Below are positions 37,275 to 53,797 of a stretch of 64,000 nt of DNA, piece by piece. Positions within the stretch are counted from its first letter, which is position 1. The number at the start of each line of letters is the position of its first letter. The DNA is from Trichosphaerium sp. ATCC 40318 (Eukaryota > Protista > Tubulinea): contig JALMLS010000103.1 in assembly GCA_038496445.1 (NCBI GenBank), positions 124,001-188,000 on the forward strand. Reading direction: 5' to 3'. The notes below the pieces were generated by a model. The model had not been told where the DNA came from, did not search any database, and saw nothing but the letters and a program-made list of their open reading frames with translations. Made by a program: the position numbers and the translations under genes.

Positions 37275-39688
37275 TTATTCAACTTGCAACTTTGGCCCAA
37301 AGTAATATGGTTCAAGAGGTGGTGGAATCTTGATATTTCCCTTTTCATCTTGATAATTCTCCAAAATCGTCTACACAGAAGTATCAGAGAAACCGTTCAA
37401 CGTCTATAGCGACAAGAAAACAAAGCAATGCTGCAAAAACACTCCATTACACAGCAGCATAATTAGCACGTGTGATATTCAAAAGTAACGTGAAATATCA
37501 TTTGTTTCAATCACGTGTCACTTGTATGTGATGAAGGCAGGAAGAATAAAAATTAAGAGATAGAATATCGTACCAGTATCATCCTAGGAACAGCAACTGA
37601 TGTGGCATTTAAGGTATGTGCAAACTTCATTTTACCGTTTGTATCTTTGTATTGAATGCTGAGTCTACGTGATTGATGGTCTAAGCAGTTGGCGCAAGAA
37701 GTTACCTTATTTGCAAACGTAAGCAAAGCATAGCCGACAAAATACTAATTGAAAAAAGACGCTACCTCTCCATAGTTATCTCTACCAGGCATCCACGCTT
37801 CAATATCAAATTTTCTGTACAATGTCTTTCCTAATTCTTCTGATGGCATCTCAAGGACTCTAAACAAGAATAAACACAAAGAAGTGTAAAGAAAAGGTCA
37901 ATAAACGCCGTTACCTGTAGTGAACATTGAGTTGTTTCATCATTTCGCCTTGAATATCCAAAAGTTGTTGATGCCATTTTTCGCTATCTTCTTCCTTACA
38001 AATAACAAACATTTCCGTTTTGGCAAACTGACGAACACGGTAAAGGCCTCTATTTGTCATACCCTTACCTGAACAAAACATAAGGCCGAGCTCAAAGCAG
38101 AAATTGCAAAAAGGCTACTCCCTATCGGGGAATCGAACCCCGAGCCTCCGGATGAAAACCGAAAATGTTAACCATTACACCAATAGGGAATTGATGTTGT
38201 GAAATAAACGAAATTTTGCTCTTTTGTACAAAAAAAGTTTCTGCTCTCATCTTATCAACGTACGCTTCAATTGCTTTCTTCCACTCTCTTTTCTAAAAGC
38301 ATGACCAGATCCAATAACCTTAATTGGTAAATCTTTCGCATCATATACTTTATCTATAAACATTCCAGCCAAAGGGATTTCAGCAGTGCCAGTAAGGATC
38401 AGGTTATCTTTTCCTTCTATCAAGTAGTTTTCAGAATTTTTGCTACGTGGTTTGAAGCCACATGCTAGTTACGTGTTATTCTGGTATAGCTCAATGTATT
38501 TTTGTACCCTCTGCTACTTTAATGTGTACAAGATCCGGTGTCATAACAGGAGTGAATCCTTGTTTTGCTGCCTCAGCCATTGACCAATTAATAAGTGCCA
38601 TTTCCAAAAATGCTCCTCCGTTCTTTAAACCTGCAAATTTACCATTTGTGACATCAGCTGCAGCCTAAATCATAGTTAAATATATATTATTATAAATTAC
38701 TGTTTCGTAATAGTCACAAACAGTTTCTTTGACTTTTTTTTTTTTACGGAATGTTATGTACCTTAAAATCGACCATATCATGCTTCATCATCAACTCAAC
38801 ATGATCTTGTGGCGTGAACTTGATCTTTGTTTTTTTGCCATTGTAAGAAACTGCACGTGCGTTCTCCTCAGGACCTACAAAAGGCATTAAAAAAAATTCG
38901 AAAAAGTAATGAATAAAAAAACGAAATAGGACAACAAGGCTCTAAAAACTTACCAATAGGCGATTCAGAGTGGGTCCAGTTTGGAATTTTATCGCCAGCT
39001 GCAACAAGATCATCCCAAACTTGCACTACTTCAACTTCTTTGAGTGCTACTTCTTGAACGATTTTTTCACACTTACAAATTATGTCAAGTCCATGTTTAC
39101 ACTATTGTTGGCGTACGTCATCAAGGAGGTCAGCTTTTTCGTGCTCGTCCTTTGTTTCTTTGCTCAAGTTAATTTTTTCGAGCCTTTCAGCGTTCAGCGC
39201 TTTGATTTCCTTTTTAATAGTGTTGTGCTCGTCATACAAGTCGATAACCTACGCGATGTCAAATGCTGTTGCAATTGCGTAAAAATACGTCTACCATGCT
39301 CCACGACTATGCTTATCGCTTGGAAACTCAAAATATACGTACCTTGTCCAAATCGGCGTATTTCTTGGCGTTTCTCTTTTCAATATTCATTGTGTGCTTG
39401 TATCGGTTCTCTTTGTACGAAGGGAAATCCAATACAGGGCCTGGAGCACCAGTTAGACCGTTAGCTCAACAAAAAGTTTTTTGTACGTAGGTCGTCATAG
39501 TTTACAGTGGATTTTGGCTCTCCAGGGTCTTGTTCCACTTTTGAGCTTTGTTTAGTCGCTACATAGCGCATACTCAACGGAACCCTACGCATAGAGCGCG
39601 CTGACCTGCGGGTAGAATAACGTAGAACGCGAGAAGTAAGCTAAGGGAGTCAGCGAGCTATACATTGTATGGCATGTGAACTCACCAT
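37275..39688 (-). CDS. SARS2: Seryl-tRNA synthetase, mitochondrial type, multi-exon
   Basis: ATG-only first exon then Arg-rich presequence; LTGTAEIPL; HAFRKE...RGLYRVRQF; [11 protein letters not shown]; VTSCANC; [12 protein letters not shown]; LENYQ. Confidence 0.9.
38118..38189 (-). tRNA. tRNA-Glu(TTC), copy 1, inside SerRS intron 38069-38263
   Basis: TCCCTATTGGTGTAATGG...TTCGG-TTTTCAT-CCGGA...GGTTCGATTCC...ATAGGGAG cloverleaf; T5 Pol III terminator 5 nt downstream. Confidence 0.95.
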
Positions 39689-39899
39689 GGTTTACTGTTG
39701 TAACACTTTGGGCTTGAATGCTGTCACCTGATGCTAATTTGACAATTTCTGAACAAAAAAAAAGCCAGATAACATTTCTTAACTAGAATAAGTCGACCGT
39801 TAACACCCCCTCACAGTGGCGATAATTCAATATAAAAACCGTAGTAGTCTGTAGACGTTGGCGCGAAAAAAGAGGATTTTAATTGTTCAAACACGTCGA

Positions 39900-40370
39900 A
39901 TGGCGCAACAAACGCGCCAGGTTGTGGTATTGAGAATGAAAAAAAAGAAAACGAAGATTGAAACACAGGCCATTGATGATAAAGAAAATAGAATCAACGG
40001 AGAACCACCACGCAAGAAACGAAAACTAAAACACCATGTACAATTTACAGGACAGCAGTTATTTTTTTACAACGCTGTCGACCCTCCTATACGCCGTTTA
40101 TCAGCTGCAGCAGTATCAGAAGCCAAGATAAAGTACACTGAAAATCGTAAACGTAAACGGCTCAAACCAAAGCGAAAGAGAGTCAATAAACGTTTAAATA
40201 CGCGAAAAGCGCCTACCTGGAAGCCTAAACCAGGAACAATTGAAGAGAAACTGCTAGACTCGGATGACGAAAACGATTCTGACACAGACGAAGACAGCGC
40301 AGAGATCATTGTACTAAAGACAACAACTAAAAAACTTGTCACCAACAAAAAATCGCTTCTCCCACGATGA
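39900..40370 (+). CDS. Hypothetical basic (K/R-rich) protein with acidic patch, probably nuclear
   Basis: Single ORF with PPRKKRK, RKRKRLKPKRKR and DSDDENDSDTDED; divergent from SerRS. Confidence 0.5.
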   Translation: MAQQTRQVVVLRMKKKKTKIETQAIDDKENRINGEPPRKKRKLKHHVQFTGQQLFFYNAVDPPIRRLSAAAVSEAKIKYTENRKRKRLKPKRKRVNKRLNTRKAPTWKPKPGTIEEKLLDSDDENDSDTDEDSAEIIVLKTTTKKLVTNKKSLLPR

Positions 40371-40439
40371 CACTCCAGACGATCAAAAGAAGTGACGCCG
40401 GTGGAACTCGCGCAAAAAAACCTTGTGAGACGTAGTTGA

Positions 40440-42705
40440 TCAAAGAGAGAATCCTTGTTTTACACGCGTAAATGTAGAGTACACAGTTGATGCCAATGTG
40501 ATGTCTAAGGATCCTCTATCGTGTAAAGATTGTATTGTAGAATGTGTAGATAAAATTTGCAGAACATTAGCAAGACGGCTTAAATCTAGTGCGGCACTAT
40601 ACCGCACGCCAATCTTTGTGTCTGAGCGTTCTAAAGAAGACATGGTAGAATCTGCAATAGCCTTCAATAGCATCCAAAAGTCTAGCAAGTTCATACCTTC
40701 ACAGCTGAGTTAGAGTGATTGTTGTGATTATGAGTGCCTGATGTACCTGCATTTGCTTTTAGCATTAATTGGCAGTGATCTATCCATTCTATGTTGTTAT
40801 CAAACCCTTCTTTGCAATCACTGATTGCCTCTTCAACATCAGTTAAATCATCGAGTAGCTTACGCAAAATAACGTCTATGTTACCTACAATTAGTGAGAA
40901 ACGAAAGTAAGGAAAAAAAAAACATACAAGCATTAGCCCAGTTATGATTTATGGAAATTGTGTCTTCAAGATTAATAACTTGATGATGCCAATCACTGGG
41001 TACTACTGTTGTTAACAAAAACCTCGAGTACAAAGCAGAAATTGCAAAAAGGCTACTCCCTATCGGGGAATCGAACCCCGAGCCTCCGGATGAAAACCGA
41101 AAATGTTAACCATTACACCAATAGGGATTTTGATGTGATAATAATTAGCTACGTAATCGGCCGCAATTTTTCAAAATTATTTTGTGTACCAAATATTGTT
41201 TCTCCCTGCTCTTGTATACACCTTATAGGCACTAAATTTGTGAGACGTGGGTACCTACCATCAGTTAAATAACTAATTAGAGTGTTCAGCACCTTGTTGT
41301 GTCATATTCACCGACATCACGGACATAATGGCCATTCCTTTTCAACTTTAATTTGTGTTTTTCTAAACAATGTGACTTACATGTCTTTAAGGTCCGCCTC
41401 AGTGGAAGGTGGATACAACAGCCTAATCACTTTAATATGGGAAAAACACGCGTGTGAAGACTTTAGTACCATAACTTCCGACCAACAATATTAACTGACC
41501 TTTAAAAATGTTAAAGCGGATCAATCAACTACCAATAGGACCATGAGAAAGAGCGGAAAACGTCTGCATGAAGTCCAGTCCATGACCCTGCGTGAATCAA
41601 CATAATGCGAAATTATTTGGGGAATACCTTTGGGTCCAATGTACACAAACTTGTAATCATCATCGCCCAGTGTTTTCGTCCTAACAAAAATTTAGTGAAA
41701 ACAATTGTTCAAAAAGGTAGTTACCAAAATTCATTAATCCAGTCGCTTGAAAAAATGGCCTACTCCTGTATTACAACAAGAGATACTTCAACAATAGGTA
41801 CCGGTACTGTATAAACTTCAGGTTTCGGGAAAGTGTGCGCCAGGTGCCAATCCTGTGGAGTGTAAGAATAGAAAATATCCTTGCAATTCTTACCTTTACA
41901 TATAAGCACTTTGTGTTCGCCTTCGGGTCTGCTGATTGTTGTTTCCAATGCTTCATAACTGTAGAGAACTGAAAGAATAAGGTTAGACGAATGAACATAT
42001 GTTACTAAGACAGGTAGTTGTACAAAAAAATTGGGAAGGCAATTATTGCCAGTAGCCACCCTTGCACACGGATTCATTTAGTAAAAGGCGAAATGGATTC
42101 TCGTTATGTACAAGGGCTTGCAGAATAGAAAGTACATACGGAATTTAAAGTAGAGAGAACCAAAAAAAAAAAAAAGTGGGACGAAGAGTGGCAAAGAGAT
42201 CTCTCAATGATAATGCAAGTTTTGTTTTGCTTTTCAGTGAAAGAAACAAAGTGACATTTTGACACATGCATCTGTCATCGTACTTTCATTTCAGTTCTTT
42301 TTTCAGTGCCACGTTCAATTGTATTGCAATGTGCTACAGTGACTTGTGCATCACCGTACACTTTTTGGAGATAATCAAAATTCGGTTTATCTTGTTTGTT
42401 TGAGCGCCAAGCCTTGTTTTAACTAAGTATGAAGCGTAAAACAATACAAAAAATGTAAATACCGTATAGCAAGGCCAGTTGTCAGGAAGATGCGTTATTA
42501 CTACTGGAATCTAAATTGGTATCAAAAAGAACGTAGGGAACGCTATGAAACGCACGTTTGGACTCATATAATGACGCAAGAAATAATCGTACGTAACGAG
42601 GCGCCCATCAATCCTTTTTATGTCTAAAGGTTCATTTGTACGATCAATAGGCTATTTCGAATAAACAAACTCAAGCGGTATTTGTCAACTGGTACCTTCA
42701 AACAT
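40440..42705 (-). CDS. JMJD4: JmjC 2-oxoglutarate oxygenase JMJD4, multi-exon
   Basis: LYVKDWHL, FSSDWINEFW, DDYKFVYIGPKGSWTGLHADVFRSFSWSVNIVGRKLW, QEQGETIFVPSDWHHQVINLEDTISINHNW (HxD...H triad). Confidence 0.92.
41056..41127 (-). tRNA. tRNA-Glu(TTC), copy 2, inside JMJD4 intron 41003-41189
   Basis: Identical 72-nt sequence to copy 1; T5 terminator. Confidence 0.95.
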
Positions 42706-42871
42706 GCGACAAACGTATCTGCTGTAATACTACGAACAGTATCATCTACGTTCCTCATGAAACTGCTGGCGCTGTTTATAACTTTTATTGACCAAAAAAC
42801 CTCATACTTGCATTGCAAGCGTATCTTGCAACTCGTACACGCCCACACAATACTTGTAGATATCTGAACGC

Positions 42872-45227
<2,356 letters not shown>

Positions 45228-45389
45228 AGTTGTAAACATGATGTTAGTACAAGTAGCAAATAAAGTATAAAATGTACACCAGTAATAGTTTTGTGCAAGT
45301 ACACAGCGAATAAAATGAAAACGCAAATGCTGATAGAACTCTAGCCGCTGAAGAACATAATAATGGTGCACAAAAATGCAAAAAGGCTA

Positions 45390-45461
45390 CTCCCTATCGG
45401 GGAATCGAACCCCGAGCCTCCGGATGAAAACCGAAAATGTTAACCATTACACCAATAGGGA
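45390..45461 (-). tRNA. tRNA-Glu(TTC), copy 3, intergenic
   Basis: Identical 72-nt sequence; T5 terminator. Confidence 0.95.
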
Positions 45462-45919
45462 TTTTGATGTGATTGACTGAATAAATTAGCTCACAACGTT
45501 CGCAACAGTTTAGTCTATAGACGGTTTTTTTGCGTTTACAACCACAAACACTCTTTCGTACCATTTGAAGTATTTTTTTTTCACGTTTAGCGTAAATTTG
45601 TGAGGTTTTACTTCGCCACTTGAGTTAAAAGTATTTAGCTACGTTGCTCGCTTGTTTCGTATGAACATGATAGGCATACTCGCTTGTTACTTTATCAAGC
45701 ACATAAGTAGTTTCTATTAGCGCCAGGCAAAGAGGTTTGGTACCGAACGTAGCGTCGTTTTGTGCTAGCATTGCGTTTGGTTGGCGGGTTAGTTAATTTT
45801 GACTTTGGGCGGAAAGTTTATGGTCTGACAAGTACTTTTCAAGATAAATTTGCTTAGCCTGCAAAAGCAACGTCTCTTAACGAGTTGGAAGTACGATTGG
45901 TATCGTTCGTGGCTAAAAC

Positions 45920-48900
45920 ATGGCAATTCCAACCGAACAGACAAAGAGCCAGTTCAAGGTATGCAAGCGCTACTTTATGACCGTTTTTGTCGCACACTCT
46001 AAAAACAACCATACTCTCCTTTTCTTGTCGCTCTTAAATGCATGAGCGTGAATTTCCATTGCGTGCATACCATGTGAGAGATAAAACTATGCGTCAATGT
46101 TTTGCCTCTTTTTTTATTTACCTTCGATCAAAACGAACTGTTTGTAGTTTAAACGCGTGAAATATGCAGAAAGGCACTTTTAGCCCATTTGTCAGTTTTT
46201 CGATGAGTGTTTCTCCTCGGCCATCGCGTATCTACTACAAACAATGCCGTTTCCTTTGCCTTCGTAGTTCTACAAAACGTACTACGATAAATTTTAATAC
46301 GTCACCTCTAAAACGCCATTTGTACACATAAAACCTTCTTTATCGCGTTCGCATCGTTTTGCAAATATAGTCCACTGCAAACTGGCATTATTTGTCCCAA
46401 CACATAGTTCTTAATTGCTTGACGCTCATATTTTACTTAGAGCCTTTCCGGACGTACTTGGAAGCCAAGTTCGAATTACACAAACTTGCAAGTTGGCGGT
46501 GTGGGCCAAAACTTGGTTAAATCAAATGAAGTGTACTACGCCGTACCGTGGTCTGCAGGGTACACTTTTTTAGCCTTATTCTGAGCCACTTCATTGATAA
46601 AAACCTGTGAACTATTTTTTTGCCTTTTTTTGTTAACTTTTTCTAAAACTAGTGGTGGCGCACTTGCAGTATTTCCTCTCTGTGATACTGGTAAAGTAGC
46701 AGAAAAACCAAATCTTATACAAGCACATACATCGTCTTTGACATCATTTGAGTTCTCTCCATTTCATGAGAACATGGTTGCTACAGGGTAAGACTCATTA
46801 GTTGAGATTTTCTTTTTTTTTTTTTTCATTTCTAATGCGATTGCGTAGATCACGCGAACCTGTAGTTAAGGTATGGCAGTTTCCTAAAGGCGGACCTACC
46901 GATAATGATCTTAAACCGTCACAAACACTTAGTGGTCATACAAAACGTATTTCTTTTGTAGAATTCCATCCTACTGCCGATAATGTAATATTGTCGTGTT
47001 CAGGTGATAACACCACTAAAGTTTGGTACGTTGTAGAGTGGTTGTACCATTTATGTTGACAGCGTTTAATAGGGACATTGAGAGTGGCAGTGAGATAACT
47101 TCTTTGGAAGGTCACACAGCCAATATTCTATCAGCTAAATGGAGTAAAAATTCTCTTATTGTATCTTCTTGTAAAGATAAGCAAGTCAGACTTTTTGATC
47201 CACGTGCTGCGAAAAAAGCAACCAAAGTACCGAAATTGAATTATTGCAATAATCTCCCAATCATTAATGCGTTCTTTCTAGGCTGTTCTTGCACATGAAT
47301 CCGCAAAAGGATTTAATGTTTGTTGGCTTGGAGCTGCTCCTATGGACTTTAAACGAAAACATCCTGTACAAAAAGAATTCTGTACAGTTGGTTGGAACAA
47401 GAAGAGTCAACGTGAATTGGGTACGAATTAGCACAAAACAGTTTTTTCTCATCTGTGCTCATGTATCTGCAGTTGTTTGGGATGTTGGTACTCTTAAAGA
47501 ACTATCAAGAACCATTATCGATACATCTTCGAGTTTCCTTATGCCTTTCTACGATCCTGGCACAGGTCTTTTGTACCTTGCTGAGAAGGTTTGTTTATTT
47601 CCATCGTATAGTTTATTGTTTAACTTTGGAATAGGGTAATAAGATTTATTGGTATGAAATACGTCCAAGTGAGCCTAGAGTACTGACTGGTGGACGATTT
47701 GTGTCTCAAGGACAGAATTCAGTAACAATGATGAGAAAAGTGAGTTTATTTTTGGTCACCATTTTGTTCTGGTGATTTAGTTATTAACCTCTTTTGATAG
47801 TCTATTTGTGATGTAAACTCATGTGAAGTCGCTCGTTTCTTGCTATTATACAAAAGCCAAAAAGATTACTTGCAAACAGTATCATTTCACGTTCCAAGGA
47901 AAGAGGTACACTCGTTGTTATACAACTAAAAATTTCGTTTGTCTAAATACGTAATTGTAGCAAACTCATTTCCACGCTGATTTATTCCCACCTGTTCCTA
48001 TGGGTATTCCAGCAATGTCTGCTGCAGATTATAAAAAGGGAAAGAATGCTGATCTTAAGCTTCGCTCTCTACAACCTCATGGAAAACTTGTATCTGAGAT
48101 TTCTCAACGAAAACTTATTGCAAAGCAAAGTGGGTTAACTGGTCATATGGCCGTAAAAGCCAAGTGCGTTATTTCTTTGTTTTTCAATGTGGTGCGGAGT
48201 CTAGATTGACATTTATTGTTTAGGACTGAAGGATGGCTTGAAATATTACAACCTGGTATTTTCTTTAAGAGCTGGGCAAAACAATGGATTGTCATTAAGT
48301 CCAAGGGTATCTACTGTTTCGCAGATAAGGATGCTGCAACTGCTTCTCGTACTATTTTCTATGATAGTATGAACAGCATTGAGGCTCATCCTCAAGGACC
48401 TGAGGTAGCTATTTTTTCTTTTGTTTTTTCTTTTATTTTAATGTTTAACATTTATCGCTAGCATATTATTGTAAATTCTTCTCCTGAAGCATTGCGTATT
48501 CGTGCTGCTACAAAAGAAGATCGTGATGCCTGGCTTATGTCTCTTAATAGTGCTAAATCTAGAGCTCTGGAAGATATGATATCAACTTATGAACCACGCT
48601 CAACATCTGGTTCAAAGGCACAACCAACAAAGCAAGAAGCTAAACGTACAGCAGTAGTACGTTTATAATAATGACAGCAAGGTTTCATATCTAACCTTTA
48701 TTTTAGCTTGGTGCTTGGGGAGCCAGTAGCAAGCCAGTTGCAGAAGCTCCAAAGGAAGCAGGAAGTGATATGGAAGGTTATTTGGGGTAAGTTCTATTTA
48801 TGTTTGTTCTAAAAGTTCGTTTAATTGATTTATTCTTTTTATAGTATGTTTGTTCCTGGTATGATCTGGAATAGATGGGATAAAACATTCTGGAGAGTTG

Positions 48901-51900
48901 AAGATAATATATTATCGAGTTATGCATCTGAAAGTAATAGGGTATGTTTGTTTTCATTTACTATTTTTTTTTCTTTCGTGTTTTTGCTTACGAAGGTATT
49001 AGGATGTAAAAGAATCTATTCATTTAGATAAAGTTGTTTCTGTTCACCGTGCTGATAATATTGAAGATAAAGCTTTTGTGTTTAAAGTTACAACATCAAC
49101 GAGAACTTGGATGTTGTTGGGTAACAGCAATGAGAATGTAAATGAATGGGTATCATTCCTTGACAAGAAAAGAAAAGAGCTTCGCCCAGAGGGAGTAGAT
49201 GATGGCGACGATAATCAACCCGATCTAATGGAAGGTTGGATACAAGTGCGACAAGGTACGATAAGGGTGAATTTGCACCCTAGAACTAATTATTGGTTTA
49301 GGTACTTTTGCGCTATGGAAAAAGCGTTGGTGTGTTGCTGTTGGCTCTGAGATTCTTGTCTATAAATCCGAACAATCTCAAGAACCTCTACAAAGATTCA
49401 AGCTAGCTCCTGCCTCAGAAGTGACAACCTCACACAGAAACCCAGAAGTTGGTCTTCAAGTTAGCTACCCTGGTCAAGCAAGTGCACATCTTCTTTGTAC
49501 GTCTCCAGAAGAAAGAGATGAATGGCTTGCGGCCATCTATGAGTTCTGGGTAGTGAGTAAATCAACACTTGATATTCTTGACTCTTTCGGTATTAATGTT
49601 GAACATGTACGCTTCTATTGAAAGTTAATTCTATCTTTAATCTATTTACTAGGATACTAAACAATCAGTTGCAACGTTGGAGAAATCACTTGATAACTTT
49701 GTTGTATTGTGGAAGCCATATGATATGCGTATGGGTAAAGCACCAGTTGGAGCTAGAAATGTGCTTATTCATGTCAGAGGTGAGTGTTCTACTACTTCCT
49801 AGCACGTGATTCACAAAGGTTTTTTAGGTAGACAACGTGTTCATTGCCGTGTTTGTTCTCCTTCATGGAAGTCTCTTCATAAAGCTGGTGTATTCATTTA
49901 TGACATGGGTAAACAGATTTATATTTGGGCTGGAGAAGACGCTAACAGGTAACTATTACTTATTGTTTTGACAAATGGGTTTGTTAACGTCTGTTTCTAG
50001 GATTCAGTGGGCTCAAGCAACTGATATCGCAGGTCGTATACGTAAAAAGGAACGTGGTAATATGGCCTCAATCTTCGCCATGGGTATGTATTTTAAGAGT
50101 AGTTGGGAGGTTGTATTGACACTTTAAATAGCGCAAGATGGTAAAAAGGATTTTGCTGAGTTCTGGAATGAGCTTGGAGGCAAACATACTATTACCAGAG
50201 TTGTAAATCCTGAAGATGAGGATAAAGAACCTATTGTTATAAAACTATACAGGTTTGTTAAACTACAAATAGTGCTAAGTATTGATGTTCTTTAAGAATT
50301 CTAGAAAACCAAGTCAATCTTGTACATGCTGGTCGTCCACCTTCACGTACTAAACTAGAGTCACGTGCTGTATTTATTGTCGAGTTCGGTCCTGAAATAT
50401 TCATTTGGGTTGGTAAAGGATCCTCCAATAAGCAAAGAAAACTAGGAGTTGTCTTGGCTCGTGTATGTACCTTTTGTTTAAACTAGCTTTGTTTTAGTTT
50501 TTCTAACAAAGTTGTACAGAAGGTTCAACAAAAGAAAAAGACATGGTCACTTGTGACACGTGTTGGTGAAAATGCAGAGACTGTTCTTTTTAAACATAAG
50601 TTTAAAGATTTCCCTGGAATGCTTCCAATATCAACAGGACCAAGGCAAGCTGCTAAGGGTAATGTTGCTATTCGTGTACAAGAACTTCCAGTGGAAGATT
50701 TGGCAAAGGTCATGCTACTCAAAGAGCAAGGTCCAGTCAAACAAGTATGTCATAGGGCGGCTTAAATCTTTACACTAAAGTACTCACTGTTTCTTCTAGA
50801 AGCCTATCAAATCTGGGCTTGCTGCACCAAACCCTGAGGATGTAGATCAAGGAAATGGCCGTATGCTTGTACGCCTACCGAATCTCTTCTCTTTTTTTAA
50901 TTCATTCCTTTTTAGATTTGGGCTATTGATGGATATGAACGTATACCACTACCAGTAGCCTTGCATGGACAATTCTTTACTAGTGATTCTTATTTGATTA
51001 AGTATACTTATAAATACAACAATTCTGAGCAATATCTTATCTACTTTTGGCAAGGACGTGATTGCTCAATTGTACGATGCAAATTAGTCATAAAACAATC
51101 CAACTAATACCATGGTATAGAATGAGAAAGGTACATCAGCTTATATGACAAAAGAACTTGATGATCTTCTGGGCGGAGCTGCAACTCAGGTAACTATTAG
51201 CCCATTTACTTGACTATCGCCTAACCAAGAACTGTTTAGATTCGTGTACCACAGCATATGGAACCTCCACATTTCAAAAAGATATTCCGCGGAACTGGGA
51301 TAGTTATGCATGAAGTAAGCTTATTTGAACAACGTTTATGCTTTTTGGGTTCTAAATAGCTATTTTTAAGGGTGTTGTACAAAGTGCTTGGATGGAGAAA
51401 CCAAAAATGTTATTTGAAGTACGCGCAGGACCTAAAGGCGCAAAAGCAGTTGAGATTAAACCTGTACGATAGTAATTGTCTTTGGTATTTGTTATTCTGA
51501 CTTTATATTAAGATTGCTTCAAACCTTCATTCTGGACATGCTTTTGTTGCTGTAAACTCAACGACTGCATATATTTGGGTTGGAAAACGTGCTTCTCCTG
51601 TACGTAAAGTAAAGACAAGTTATTTTTATTGACAAATGATAATTAGGAAGAAATGGAGTTTGCTAAGAAATTTGCTAATAATATGGACGCTCCAAAACGT
51701 GCTAGATTAGAATTACAAGCTCTTGAAGCCAAAAACAAACAAGAACTTGAATCAGATGAAGAAGAGAGTGAAGAGGAAGATTATATTGATGAAGAAGATC
51801 GTAAGCGTAGAGAGCGTATGAAGTACGTATAATCACAAAGACTGTCTGTTTGTGCTTTCTTTCACAAGCTAATATTTGTTGCTAAGACAGCGCCGTAAGA

Positions 51901-52981
51901 ACAAGAAGCAAACTGATGATAGAGCGTACATATAATGATTGTTTCGAAGTTATGAACCTTAACTCTGTTGTTTAGTATTGCAGCTAAAGCAGCAACTCAA
52001 AGTAGTGCTAGCAAGATATACGCCAACCTAGATGTTCATAAAATCGAACAAATTCCTGAGGGTAGAGAACCTGCTGAGTTTTGGTCATTGCTTGGTGGTA
52101 CGCAATTGTGAAAGAAGATAGTGCGTCGTTTTTGGGTTTAATGTCCTATTGTAGGTAAGAAACCGTACTTTACTGATGCACCACAAAAACATGTAACTTG
52201 TCGTATGTTTATGTGCCACAACGCAACCGGAGTAGCAAAGGTATTAAATGAACTCACAATGTTTACTATAACAGTTTATTAATCATTTGCTGTAGGTTTA
52301 CCCAATTTCACCTGTTGAATACTGTCAAGACTCCCTTGATCTTACCAGTGTCATGATTATTGATGCTACAACTGAGATGTGGATATGGTTTGGAGAACAA
52401 AGTAAACACGTTGCACAGAAGCAATCTATGCTCGCAGTACAGGTACTTGTGTAAAAAAATACTAACAACATGCAGTGTTTAACTTCCTTTTATAGGCTTA
52501 CCTTAATTTGGCTCCTGGGAAGAATGAAAGGACTCCAGTTTGGCTAACACATCAATATCAAGAGCCAAAAGAGTTTACACAATTATTCCATGGATGGAGC
52601 ACTACTAGATACCGCAAGAGGGTACGGCATTTGTTGTTTCTTTGAAATGCTGTTTGAGACTAACGCTCTTTATAGGCACCTGTAGGCAAACCAGAGTACA
52701 AACATCCAATGAAAGAAGTCCTCAAGGATTATATGCGTACACAGTACACTTATGCTGAGCTTCTCAAGCGACCACGTGGTGTAGACCCAACTCGATTAGA
52801 GGTATTAAAAACCAACTTTTAAGCTCTTTTTTTTTGTGACGTCTGTTTACTTATATGCTTGTTTTAGGAATACCTATCGCCTGAAGAGTTCCAAAAAGTA
52901 TTTAAAATGTCTTTGGAAGAGTATCAAATTATACCTACATGGAAGAGAACTGGCATTAAAAAAGAAGCAAACCTATTCTAA
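45920..52981 (+). CDS. Villidin-like protein: coronin WD40, three PH domains, gelsolin repeats, villin headpiece (about 35 introns)
   Basis: Coronin motifs GGALAV, LSGHTKRISFVEFHPTADNV, CEVARF, SFHVPRK; PH motifs EGWLE, EGYLG, MEGWIQ; gelsolin IYFWQGR, EFWSLLGG; headpiece GVDPTRLEEYLSPEEF...KKEANLF*. Confidence 0.9.
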
Positions 52982-53797
52982 ACAGTATTTCAAAGAAATT
53001 TCTTCTATGAAATTAATCCCTAACCTCTCTACGCCCCTTTGTAATGTGCACTTATGACGTCAGTTGTTATTATTAAATGTACATACCCTTGTTACATGTA
53101 TTGTCTGATTTTTTTGCGTTGTAACTTGTTGGTGTGGAGTTGATGGCACCATGTTGTTTTAATGTTTAAGAACAAGGTTGCGTGTTGGTTTTAATTTTCT
53201 TGAAATTACATGAACAGTCACTGATTATGAGCCATTCGCTCCACCTTCTTTTCTCTTGTTTTAGAGCCTCTTTTTGGTGTTCCTGTAGGTTAATACAATA
53301 AAGTCTGCGTAGTTCCTTTTTTGTTTGCCATCGCAGATGTTTAGGGCAGTCCTTAGCGCTTCCTTTAGTGCCCTTCATGCTAAAAAGGATAGTAAACTCA
53401 CGCATAAAGAGCGTTGTTTCTGAATATAAAGGAAATCTCGACTTAGATATTGTTTTTGGGGACATTGTTGGACAGACAACACAAGTATTGTTCTAAAACA
53501 CAGTTTTTTTCCCAAATTCTTTCTCCAGTTTTTATGTTTAGACAGTAGTTCCAACACTACTTTTCACGTGAAACTCAACTCACGACTCTACTGCGCGCTC
53601 GAACGAAGGTTCATTATTGACATGGTATTGGTGTACCGAGAATTTTCTTTTTTTTCACATTTTTTCTTTAGCGTTCACTTAACGATTTCACACTGAAACA
53701 GACTGTTGTGATACATTCCGGCCAAACCAAGCAACACAAGGGTTTTTTTAAACGCAATTAAATAAGAATAACCCTTATTTAAAACAGCCAAGACAAG

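Noticed and set aside
40498-40713. 71-aa plus-strand ORF
   Set aside because: Antisense to the last JMJD4 exon
53166-53465. 99-aa minus-strand ORF
   Set aside because: No motif or paralog; insufficient support
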